A stretch of DNA of 63,309 nt, the filler included, from Octopus bimaculoides (lineage: Eukaryota), in assembly GCF_001194135.2 (NCBI RefSeq). It is 5 parts of 5 records of this genome, joined end to end, with 100 filler letters (N's around TTAATTAATTAA, not from the genome) between each part and the next. Parts side by side here need not be neighbours in the genome. Positions count along the whole stretch, not along the records: positions 60,499 to 63,309 come from NC_069009.1; 4 more parts are not named here. One strand, given 5' to 3'. Within the stretch, counting starts at the first letter, position 1. Each line of letters begins with the position of its first letter. Positions 63,269-63,309 of this stretch are shown one piece after another. The notes below the pieces were generated by a model, which was not told where the DNA came from, did no database searches, and saw only the letters and a program-made list of their open reading frames with translations. A program made the position numbers and the translations under genes.

Positions 63269-63309
<41 letters not shown>

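Overview
AT-rich, microsatellite- and transposon-dense eukaryotic DNA with many N gaps. The repeat families and sequence texture point to a coleoid cephalopod, probably Octopus (inference). The only host coding sequence I can support is the large final coding exon of a FoxO transcription factor on the minus strand (3054->953). It starts at the conserved phase-0 forkhead junction (ttgcag|[10 protein letters not shown]). It carries the 2nd and 3rd Akt sites, a poly-Pro/PPPY stretch broken by an N gap, two long poly-Q tracts and the C-terminal CR3 activation motif. The exon for the N-terminal half of the forkhead domain is not visible, so 3055-63309 is provisionally one intron of at least 60 kb, assuming the scaffold joins are correct. 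That interval holds several tRNA-derived SINE families, RTE, L1/Tx1 and CR1-type LINE fragments, a full-length dead mariner, a Gypsy integrase relic, a Penelope GIY-YIG fragment, hAT-like MITEs, minisatellites and microsatellites. I see no clear new multi-gene system. The best leads are: (i) several unrelated ~100-bp-arm foldbacks plus oppositely oriented SINEs that would form long dsRNA in the FoxO pre-mRNA; (ii) a perfect 115-bp inversion with a 77-bp duplication; (iii) an abrupt CpG-depletion boundary near 18.4 kb; (iv) hammerhead-like folds with non-canonical cores in a dispersed repeat; (v) the expanded low-complexity C-terminus of this FoxO. All coordinates and counts were read by eye and repeat boundaries are approximate.
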